Source of the DNA: Scenedesmus sp. PABB004
Taxonomy: Eukaryota
DNA length: 64,000 nucleotides
Reading direction: 5' to 3'
NCBI GenBank assembly: GCA_014905635.1
Contig: JABVCE010000037.1
Coordinates: 1-64,000 of the forward strand
Part shown: positions 45,441 to 55,800 of the stretch, one piece after another
Position numbering within the stretch: position 1 is the stretch's first letter
How the letters are laid out: every line of letters starts with the position of its first letter
Program-made: the position numbers and the translations under genes
Notes under the pieces: generated by a model
What the model saw: the letters and a program-made list of their open reading frames with translations, nothing else
The model's database searches: none
Told to the model about the DNA's origin: nothing

Positions 45441-46728
45441 ATGGCGGGCCCAGTCGCCGACGCCGAGGCGCCGCTCCTGGCGCCGTCCGGCAAGGGCGCC
45501 TGGCGCGTGGACGCGACGTTCGGGGCCCCGGTAGCAGCTGTTTGCTGTCTGGCACTCGCAGCGTTCGCGGCGCTGTGCAAATACGAGTCGGCGGTGCGCG
45601 CCGCTGCCGCTGCCGCGCCGCTGCCCGCCAGCTGCGCTGCCGGCCTGGCACCAGCTGGCCTCGTGCCGCTCTGCCTCGCCTCAGCTCACCGCGCGCCCTG
45701 CCGCCGCCTGGCGAGCCCCCGCCGCTGCGCCGCCGCCGGCCTCCGCACCAGCTCACACGCGCGCCCCTCCCGCTCCCCCAGGAAGGTGACGTGGCGCTGT
45801 ACTACCCCTTCCTGCGTGACGTGCTGCTCATGGTCTTCGTGGTGCGGCGCCAGGCGGGGCGGGCGGGACAGGACAGGGCGCGGTCCCTGTGCTGTGCGGG
45901 TCGGCGGGGCGAGGGCTGGCACGCCCTGCCTCGCGCATGCGCCCCGGCCCAGCCAGCCAGCGCGCGCCGCCGCCGCGCACCCCCCCCCCCCCACACACAC
46001 ACACACAAACCACCCCGGCAGGGCTTTGGCTTCCTGTACACCTTCCTCCGCGCCTACGCCTGCAGCGGCGTGGGCTTCAACTTCCTCCTCTCAGGCCTCG
46101 CCACGCTGCTCGGCACGCTCGCGGTCGGCGCGGCGCAGCAGGGCCTGCTGTCCGAGCGCGGGTCGGGGGTCATTGCGGTTGACCTCCCGCTGCTCATCGA
46201 CGGCGCGTTCTGCGCGGGCGCCGCGATGATCGCGTACGGCGCCGTCATCGGCCGCGCGACGCCCGGGCAGCTGGTGGGGCTGGTGCTGGGGCTCGTCCCC
46301 GCGTACGCCGCCAATGCGGCGCTCGTGGTCAACGTGCTCGGCGCGCTCGACGTCGGCGGGTCCATCACCATCCACGCGTTTGGTGCGCGAGCTGCGGCGG
46401 GCAGTCGGCGACAGCCACAGGGCGCGCGCGCCACGTGACCTGCGCGCGGCGCGTCGGCGGGCCGCGCGTCCCCCTCCCTCGGCATGCCCTCCTTGCAGCA
46501 CCCTCATTCTCTCCTCGCTCGCTCACCCCACACACAAACACAAAAACACACATCACGCCCCCCCCCCCCCCCCCCGCGCCTGCAGGCGCGTACTTTGGGC
46601 TCGCCGCCAGCCGCCTGCTGCACACGCCCGGCGGCTGCGCGGGGCACCCCAAGAACGGCGCAGCGCCCATCAACGACGTGACCGCCATGATCGGAACCAC
46701 CTTCCTCTGGGTGCTCTGGTGCGCCGCG

Positions 46729-46783
<55 letters not shown>

Positions 46784-47865
46784 GGACGCCGCGGGGGCCC
46801 GCGGGGGCCCGCGGGGGCTCGGGGGGCTCGACCCTGCAGCTGCCGCGCGGGCAGCGCCCCACGCCCGCACGCCCGACCCTCCCGCGCGCCGCAGGCCGTC
46901 GTTCAACGGCGCGCTCGCCATCACGCCGGGCGAGGCGGACGCGCACCAGTTCCGGTGCGTCGCAAACACGCTCACCGCGCTGCTCGGCGCCGTCGCCGCC
47001 GCCGCCGCGGCGTCGACGCTGCTGACCAACAAGTTTGACATGGTGCGCCGCGGCGGGGCGCGGGGCGGGGCGGGGCGCGGGCGGCTGCGCGCGCGGCACG
47101 AAGTCGCCCGCCCCTTTGGGCCGCCGCGCGCGCGGCACGAACCGCGCGCGCCGACGCGCGCCGCGTGCGGGGCGCCGCCGCGGGGCGCAGGTGCACGTGC
47201 AGAACGCAACGCTGGCGGGCGGCGTGGCGATCGGGTCGTCCGCCAACCTGCTGCTGCCGCCCGCCGCGGCGCTCGGCGTCGGCATGGCGGCGGGGGTGCT
47301 GAGCGTCGCGGGCTACGTCTGGGCCAGCCCCTGGGTCGAGGCAACGCTGCGTGTGCAGGACACGTGTGGCGTCAACAACCTCGTAGGTTTTAGGTTTTAG
47401 GGTTTAGGGCGCGCGCGCGCACGCAGAGGGGCGGCCGCCCTCGGCGCGGGGCGGGCAGGCGGCAGGGCAGGTGGTTTGGGTCGCGCGCGCGCCCCCGCTC
47501 GGCCGCGTCGGCGCGCCGCCTCACCCCCTGCCCTGCCCCAACCCCTCCCTCCCACCCACCCACCCCACCCGCACGCGCAGCACGGCATGCCTGGCATTCT
47601 GGGCGGCCTCGCCTCGGCCGCGTTCTGCGCGCTGCCGGGCCTGCGCCACGGCAACGTCGGCCTCATGACGCGCGGCGCCGCGCAGCCGCTCTGGCAGCTC
47701 GCCGGCCTGGGCGCGACGCTGTGCATCGCGTCCGCGTCGGGCGCGCTCACGGGGCTGGCCATGGCCAAGGTGTCCCCAGTCGCGGGGCAGGCGCTGCCCG
47801 TGGCCGACATGTACGACGACGGCGTGTTCTGGCACGAGGCGGGCAGCGACGGCGAGGACGAGTAG
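45441..47865 (+). CDS. Rhesus (Rh) family ammonia/CO2 channel
   Basis: DVLLMVFV|GFGFLYTFL, DVGGSITIHAFG|AYFGL, FLWVLW|PSFNGA, DM|VHVQNATLAGGVAIG, DTCGVNNL|HGMPG. Confidence 0.95.
47384..47409 (+). repeat. Interstitial telomere-like tract at an intron 5' end
   Basis: GTAGGTTTTAGGTTTTAGGGTTTAGGG starting at the donor GT (47383). Confidence 0.85.
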
Positions 47866-48435
47866 GCGGCCAGTAGGCGGCTAGTAGGCGGCGGTGCCCC
47901 GCCACGCATGACTGCGCCGCGCCTGTTGCGGCGCGGGCACGAGTCGCTGGCCTGGTGTTGGCGCGCGGTCGTCAGTCAAAGCGGTCAAGGATGATGGGGC
48001 TCGCCACGCGCACGCTGCCGGGCGAGCGGCCCTGAGCGCGGCCCCGTGTGTGTCCGGCGGCACGTGGAGTGTATTAGACCCGTCGGCAGGGCGTCTGCTG
48101 CGGGCCGCGAGAGGCGGTTGGCACGTGACGTTGCGTGCGAGCGCGGGCGGCCGGCGTGGGGCGGCCGGCGCCGCGGCTGCGCTGCAACCGAGTGCAGACG
48201 CGTGCCTAGCAGCGTTCCACGTGCTTGGGCGGGCGGAGCGGTCAGCTGCGTGCCGCTGGCCAGCCGCCGCCGCGCGCCGCCGGCAGCGCCGCTGCGGTGC
48301 CGTTGGACAGCTGGCAATCCTGATCCGGATCCAGCCAGCCACCCAAGCAGCTCTCCCGTGAGCGCGAGCTGCTTTCCGCCAAGAACAGCCGCGCTCCGTT
48401 CTGGCTGCACAGCGCCCGGGGCTGCCGCGACCGCC

Positions 48436-51400
48436 ATGCGCAGCCGGGGAGTGGCGTTTGTGCTGGGCGCCCTGCTGGTCGGGGCGCTGGCGTCAAACGG
48501 CGCGCCAGGTGCCGCCCACGGCCGCCGCTGCCGCGCTGCCGCCAAGCGGCTCGCCAACGCGCTGCCGCGCCGCTCCATGCTGCACAGATGTCCCAGCCTC
48601 GCGGCCGGGGAGCGGCGGCGGCGGCACCAGCGGCGTCACCAGGGGCGGCGCGCTGCGCGCGGGCGTGCCCGACGAGTGCACGCCAGGTGCGCGCCTGGCC
48701 GCCGCGCAGCTGTGTGAGCTCATCATATGGCTTGCCCACCCCCGTCCCACCGCCGCCGCGCGCGCAGGCCCGACCGCGGAGCCGCGGCCCGCGGGCATGC
48801 CGGTGCCGCCGCTGCCCGGCGGCGCGGCGCCCAACGTCCTGCTGCTCGTCACTGACGACCAGGGCTGGGACGACATCGGGCTCAACAACCCCCGCTACGT
48901 GGACACGCCGCACCTGGACGCCTTCATACGCGCCGGCACGCTCTTTGACAACTACAAGACCGCCCCCGAGGTGGGCAGGCTGCTCGGGGCGGCGCCCGCG
49001 CGGCGCCCGTGCGGCGCCTGCGCGCACGCGCTGCCGCGCCGCCGCCGCGCCGCCGCCGCGCCGCCGCCGCGCCGCCGCGCCGACGCGCTCCCGCCGCGCG
49101 GCGCGCCGCAGTGCGCGCAGGCGCGCGCCGCGGTCATGACGGGGCGCGACCACCCGCGCACCGGCACGCTGCGCACCAACGGGGGCTACGACTTCCTGCA
49201 CCCCAGCGAGACCACCGCGGGCCGCCTGCTCGGCGACGCCGGGTGGTATACGGCCCACTTTGGCAAATGTGCGGGCGCCGGGGGCGGGCAGGCGGGCCCC
49301 AGGGCCGCCGGCGGCGGCGTACGCTCACGTTTGCGCCCTGCCGCGGGCGCAGGGCACAACGCGGAGGTGGCGGGGTACGAGCCCTGGCGCGTTGGGTTCA
49401 ACGAGAGCTGGGACGGCATGCAGTCCGCCGGCCCGCCGGGCGGGCCCGAAGCCGAGGCCGCCGGCGCGCGGCGCGCGTCCGCCCCCGGCGGCGAGCCGGC
49501 GCCCAGCTTCCTGCTGCGGTGCGCCCCCGCGGCTGCCCCGCGCCGTGCACTGCCGCGCCGCCTGCCCCGCCCCGCCCCGGCCCCGCTCAGCCCGCGCGGC
49601 GGCGGCGCCACTGCCGCGCAGGGCCAACGGCGCCCTCGTCGGCGGGGCCGGCGCCGCGGCGTCGCCGCGGGGTGACAGCCCCGCCGACGAGGTGGGCCTG
49701 CTGGAGGAGGCGCTGTTCAACCGCACCGCGCAGTTCCTGCAGCGCCGCGCGGCGGCGCCGGGGCAGCCCTGGTTCGCCTACCTCGCCGCGCACTCCATAC
49801 ACACGTGCGCCGTTACATGCGCAACGGGCGCGGGCAGCCGCCGCGTGCGCGCCGACGCACGCAGCCCACGCACGCTGCGCGCGGCCCCGCGCAGGCGGTC
49901 GGGCACGCGCTACGACGGGCGGTTCAGGTCCTACCCGGCGGCCTATTTGGCCAAGCTCCAGGCCCAGCCCCGCTACGCCGGGCTGCCGCCGTTCACACTC
50001 GACGCGTGGGCCGCGCTGGCATACCTGGACGACCTGCTGGTGCGCCGCGCCGGCCGGCTGGGTGGCAGCGCGCGCGCGCGGCGACGCGCGGGCACGCAGC
50101 TGAAGCGCAGGCGCGCAGCTGACGCGCGCTGCCTGCGCGCCCCCTCGGCTCGCAGGGCCGCGTGCTCGGCGCTCTCGAGGCCACCGGGCTCACCAACAGC
50201 ACGCTGGTGCTCATCACCTCAGACAACGGCGCGCTGCAAAGCCACAGCGCTCGCGAGGCGCGCCCGCCGCGCTGCGGCCGCCGTGCACCGTGCCGGCGGC
50301 CCGCGCGCCCCGCCTCGCGCCCGAGCGTGCCCCCCGCTGCGCCGCGCCGCCGCGCGCAGGCGCGCATGCCGAGCCTCATGGCAGGCCAGAAGTCGACCGT
50401 GCTGGAGGGCGGCGTGCGCACGTTCCTGGCCGCGCGCGGCCCCGGCGTACCTGCGGGCGAGGTTGATTCCACGCTGCTGAGCGCGTCCGACGTGCTGCCC
50501 ACGCTGGCGGAGCTCGCGCGCGTCCCGGCGGACGTGACAGCGCGCCTTGGATTCGACGGCGTGAGCTTCGCAAACCTGCTGAGGGCGGGCCCGGGCACGG
50601 GGGCGGCGGGCGCCGGAGGCGGGCGGCGCGGCACGGCGCTCGCGACGCCCGAGCAGCAGCAGCGCGTCGTGGTCAGCCTCGCCCCTGACTGCTGGACCGC
50701 CGACACGGTGCCCCTGCTGGGGCCAGACAGGTGCGGCGCCACGGTGGCGTGGCGGCGGCAGGCCGCGCGTCCGCGCGCCGCGCACAGGGCGCTCATGACC
50801 ACCGCCGCGCGCGCTGGCGCGCAGGGAGGTCCTCAAGCCGCAGCCGCTGCTCGACTACGACACCGGCGGCCTGCTGCGCGGCTGGGAGCGCTGCATCGCG
50901 GTGCACCGGGGGCACTACAAGTGGGTGGGCGACAGCGGCAAGCTGTACAGGTGCGGCCGGGCGGCGCTGGTGGTGCCTCGCGGGCGCGCTGGTGGGGTTT
51001 TAGGTTGAGTGCCCCGCGCACCCCCCACGCCCGGCCGCCCGCCCCGCCCCAGGTTTGAGGGCCGCTCGCACGTCGAGGCGCCGTGTAGCGAGGCGGCCGG
51101 CCCCGAGGCCGCCGCCGTCGTCGCCGAGCTGCGCGCCGCCGCGCGCGCGTGGTTTGCGGGCGTCGCGGCGAGCCCGCACAGCTTCTGCAAGCCCGTCTTC
51201 TTCCTAGGCCTGCCCCCCGGGACGGCCACCAACGTGCTCGCCGCGGGCGCGCACGAGCGCACTGCCCGCGCGGTGGCGCTCGGCCCCAACGGCGCGCAGG
51301 GGTTCAGGCAGCCCGGCGACCGCGCGTGCTTCAAGCTGCAGGCGCGTGGCGCGGGGCAGCGGCGCGGCGACGGCGCCGGGCAGGGCCGGCCCTGCGGCGC

Positions 51401-52052
51401 ACGCGCCGCGCAGGCCTGGCCGGCGGCCCCACGTCGCCGCCGTCGCCGCGCGGCTGCCGTCCCTGCAGGTTGCCACGGCGGGCACGTACGACTGGTCCAT
51501 CTTTGCGACGACGCTGCAGAGCGCCAAGCTGCGCCTGTCGGTCGGCAGCGCGGCCGACATCGCCGCGCGCAGGGCGCCGTCGGTCACGGCGGAGCTGCCG
51601 GCCAGCGTGAGCGCTCACGCGCGGCGGGCCGGCCGGGCGGCACAGCCAGGCGCGCCGCGCCGCGCGCTCCGAGCCGCCGCCGACGCTGCCGACGCCGCCG
51701 TGTGCCACGCGCCCCGCAGGGCGCGCGCATGGTGGGCCAGCCGCTGGGCGCGCTCGTGCTCGCCGCGTCGGTCGCGACGTGGGGCGACCCCGGCGCCGCG
51801 GCGGCGAACAAGACCGAGGCCTGCCTGGAGCTGGTGTCGCGCACGTCCGGGCAGCCGGTCTTCAAGCTGCTGGGCGCGCTGCGCGCGGTGCTGCGCACCA
51901 GCTCCAGCGCGGGCGCGGGCGCGGAGCTGGCCCCGGCGCTGGTGCAGCGCTTTGCGCTGCCCGGCGGCCAGCAGCGCGGCCGGGACAGCCCCTACTCGCC
52001 CTACGCCGCGGAGGGCATCGCCGGCTGCGCGGCGTGCCAGCCGTTCGTCTGA
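48436..52052 (+). CDS. Secreted type I (formylglycine) sulfatase family protein
   Basis: Signal peptide; PNVLLLVTDDQGWDD, TPHLD, CAQARAAVMTGR, FGK|WHN, TLVLITSDNG, GQKSTVLEGGVR, DVLPTL, DGVSF. Confidence 0.92.
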
Positions 52053-52817
52053 CCGGTCAGACGAGCCGGTACCGGCCATCGCGGCTGCGCCGGGGAGGCC
52101 GGGCGGTCGCGTGCGCATTGACCGACGACTGCTCCAGCTGCAGCGCTCAAGCCGCCGCGGTGGGCTTCCAGCGGATGACCCTCAGCCCGTCGGCGCTCTG
52201 AGTGCGTCCGATCGGTCAGCAGGCGCGGCGCAGCGGGCGCGCGAGGCGGTCAGCAGCTGAGGTCGCGTTCGCGCGAGTGACCGGCGCGCGGCGGCCCGGC
52301 GCCGTGGCCACGATGCAATCGAGTGCCGACACGTGCAAGGGAGCTGCGACAGGTGCTGGGGCGTGCCCAGCGCGGATCGGCAACGGCAGCTGCGTGCGCC
52401 TGGCCAGCGCGCTGCTCCGCGTCCAGGCCCCGCGCCGCCCGTGCCGCACCATCACGCGCTGTTGTGGATGGCCACCTGCTGATGCGCCGCCCCTGGGCAG
52501 CCTTTCCTGTAGAGCCTGGTGCCACACAACATCGGTGAGCGTACGACGACCCCTCGCCCTCGCCCCCCAAGGCCGTCGGCGGCGTGCCGATTGCGCGGCG
52601 CGCGTGCTCTCCAGGCTCTCGCAGCGCCGCCAGCGCCTGGCGGGCAGCGGGCGGGCCGGGCAGTGGCCTGTCGCTGGCCGTCCGGCCCACCACCCCTCCG
52701 TGCCCGTCCCTGACCGCACTGATGCGCGCCACAGAATCCTGGAACCACCAACATCCAGCAACTGCAAGCGCTGAAGCTGAGGCCGCTTCACGCGACGGCG
52801 TAAACCGGATCACCAGC

Positions 52818-55800
52818 ATGGCGTCCACGCCGCGCCGCCGCCGCCCCCCCATGGGCGTGCTGCTGGCGGCAGCCATCATAGCTCTGGCGCTGCTGGCGAG
52901 CGGCGCGTCGGCGCGCGGCGCGCTGCCGATGCGCGCGCCCTGCGCGCCGGGCACGTCGCTCGACCGCGCCGCCGTGGCGTGCGTGCGCTGCGCGGCGCCC
53001 TTCTACTGTCCGGGCGGCTCGGCGGCGCCGCGGCGCTGCAGCCGCACCCTGCCCAAGGAGATCGTGGCCACGCTGCGCCCCGGCGCGGCGAGCGCCGCCG
53101 ACTGCCGTGCGTGGCGCGGCTGTGCTGTCGCCCGCCAGCGCTGCAGCGCTGGCTGAGCGGCGCCCGCAGCCGCTGACCGCCCCGCCCGGCCGCGCGCGCG
53201 CAGGGGCGGCGCCCGGCTGGCAGCTGATGCCCGGCGGCGACCCTGAGCGGCCGGTGCAGTGCCCGATCGGGTCGTACAAGGTCGGCTGGAACAACCTGGC
53301 CTGCAAGTCGTGCGGGCCCAACTTCCTGACCGACGGCGAGGGCACGACGCGCCCCCGCGGCGAGTGCTACTTCCCCGCCGGCTCAGGTGGGCGCACGCGC
53401 CGACGGCTGCTGCGGCGCGCGTGAGCTGCAGCTCCGCGGCTGCGGGCGCAGCCGCCCACCCACTCTTGTGCGTGTGCTGCCCCGTCGTGCACCGCCAGGC
53501 TCCGTGCTGCTCAACGGCACGGTGAGCGTCGTGCCGTGCCGTGGCGGCACGTACGGCCGCGTGGCCAAGACATACTTTCACCACAGAGTCATCGACTGCA
53601 AACGCTGGTGAGCTGGGCGCGCGCGGTGGTCAGCCCATCCCCCTGCAGCCGGCCGTGGCCGAGGCCGGGCGCCGCTCACACGCGCTGCTGCTGCACTGCA
53701 CCCGCGCTGCGCCGCCGCCAGCGGTCCCAACCTGGTGACCGCGGACCAGGCGCCCAACGCCGTGCTGGAGATGCTGGCGCCCAACGCGGGGCCCAAGTTC
53801 TGCCGTGAGTGCCGCGACTGCTGCTGCGGCGAGCGCGGCGCACCTGGCAGCTGCACCGCCTGTCAGCGCGGGCTGTGCACGCCGCTGACTCCTGCTGCCT
53901 GCGTGCCCTCTGCAGTGGCCGCGCCGGGGCACCACATCGTCACCCGCAAGGCCAGCGCCGTGGCAGAGCCCTGCCCCAAGGGCACCTGGTCCTCGGGCTT
54001 CAACACCGCGCGGCAGTGCCAGCCCTGCACCAGGAACACCACAACCAAGGGCGTCGCAGCGGTGTCGGAGAACGAATGCAGTGCGTGGCGCGCGCGTCAG
54101 CCGGCGCGTGCGCTGCCGCCCACGCCGCTGCCTTGACGCGCTGCCGCCAGCCTTCACCCACACCGCCGCCGCCCTCCTCCCTTGCCCCTCAGCCGATTCC
54201 ACCAGCAGCGGCCTGCCCCCCGGCTTTGAGACGCCTGTCGGGGGCGAGAACCTCTCGCCGTGCTCCAAGGGCACCTGGTCTGCGGGCGGCTTGGCGGGGA
54301 ACTGCACCGCCTGCCCTGCCGGGTCCACTACGCCGGCCCCTCAGGCGGGCAGCCTGTCTGACTGCTCCCTCTGCCTCGCGGGCTTCGGCAGCCTCGTTGC
54401 CGGCGCTGGCTGCACGCAGTGCGCGCCCAACACCTACACCGACTCGGAGCAGACTGGGCCCTGCTTGCCTTGCCCGGCCGGCTTCGTGTCGGCCGCAGGT
54501 GCGCCGGGCGTGCTGCCGGCAGGGCCAGCGGCACCAGCGATCGGACCGCTGCACACACGCGGGGTGAGGCCGGGCTCCCCCGCCAAGCCGGCTGCTTCTC
54601 CGCCGCCGCTCGCAGGCTCCACCGCTCGGGCGCAGTGCGTCAAGCAGGTGCAGACCACGCCCGGCACCATCAAGAGCAACATTCCCTCGACGCCCGTCGA
54701 GGACGCCACCACAGGCGCTGCGTGCGCCGCTGCGTGCGCCGACAACGCCAAGTGCATCCTGTTCACGTGCGCCAGGGGTTGGGCGCGGCGCGACCCGGCG
54801 CAGCGCGCTGACTGAGCAGCCGCCGACGCACGGTGGTGCAGCTGCGAGGCGTGCGCCGACACCCCTGCCGCCGCCGCGCGCCCGCCGCACCCAGGTTTGC
54901 GGCCGGCAAGTGCGAGCTGCTGCTGGAGGTGCGTCTACCAGGGCCACAAACATAACGCCTGCATGCCGCTGGCGCCCCGCCTGCGCGCTGCGCGTGTCGG
55001 CCGCGGCGCTTGCTTGGGCTTGGCTCACCTGAGCTGCCTGCTGCCACGCGTCGCCGCCCCTGCAGACCGCACCCGCCAGCAGCCCCACCAAGCTGTTCGT
55101 TCCGTCGCGCGAGGCCCCCGCCGGGCGCCGCACCAGCCTGCGCCGCATGCTGGCCGTGCGGCCCGCCGCCCCGGCGTTTGTGAAGCTCGCGGGTGCGCTC
55201 TTCAACCTGGAGGCGGACCAGGTGCTGGGCGAGCCCATCGTCCTGGCCCAGCCGCTTGCGGGCGTGGCCTTTGACGCCTGCGCGGCGGCCTGCGACGCGC
55301 GTGCCTCGACGCCCTGCATCGCGGTCATCGCCACGCGCGTGAGCGGCGCCGCCGACGCGGACGTCGGGCAGGGCACGTTTGACTGCCGCCTGATGAAGCC
55401 CTCCGCGGCGGCGGGCGCCTCGGACCAGCAGCTGGGCTTTGTCTTTGACGCCACCCACCTGTACGTGACAGTCAAGGAGAGCGCCGGTCTGTGCGACGCC
55501 GGGGGCACAAACTGCGCGGTCGACTGCGCCGGCGTGTGGGAGGTCGGCGAATGCAGCGCGGCATGCGACGGCGGCGAGCGCAGGCTCACCTTCCAGATCA
55601 CACGTGAGCGCGCGCCTCGCGGCGCGGCGTGGCCGGCGCTGCACGCGCGCGCAGAGCAGGCCCAGCCCGCCGCCGTCGCGGCCGCCGCCGCCGCTGCGCA
55701 GGGCCTGCCGCCAACGGCGGCGCGCTGTGCACGGACGCCGCGGGCAGCGCACTGCTGCATGGCCAGACCACCACGATTGCATGCAACGAGCAGCCCTGCG

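Noticed and set aside
44235..52052. Methyltransferase-Rh-sulfatase as a metabolic gene cluster
   Set aside because: Co-orientation only; no shared pathway can be supported without synteny or co-expression data.
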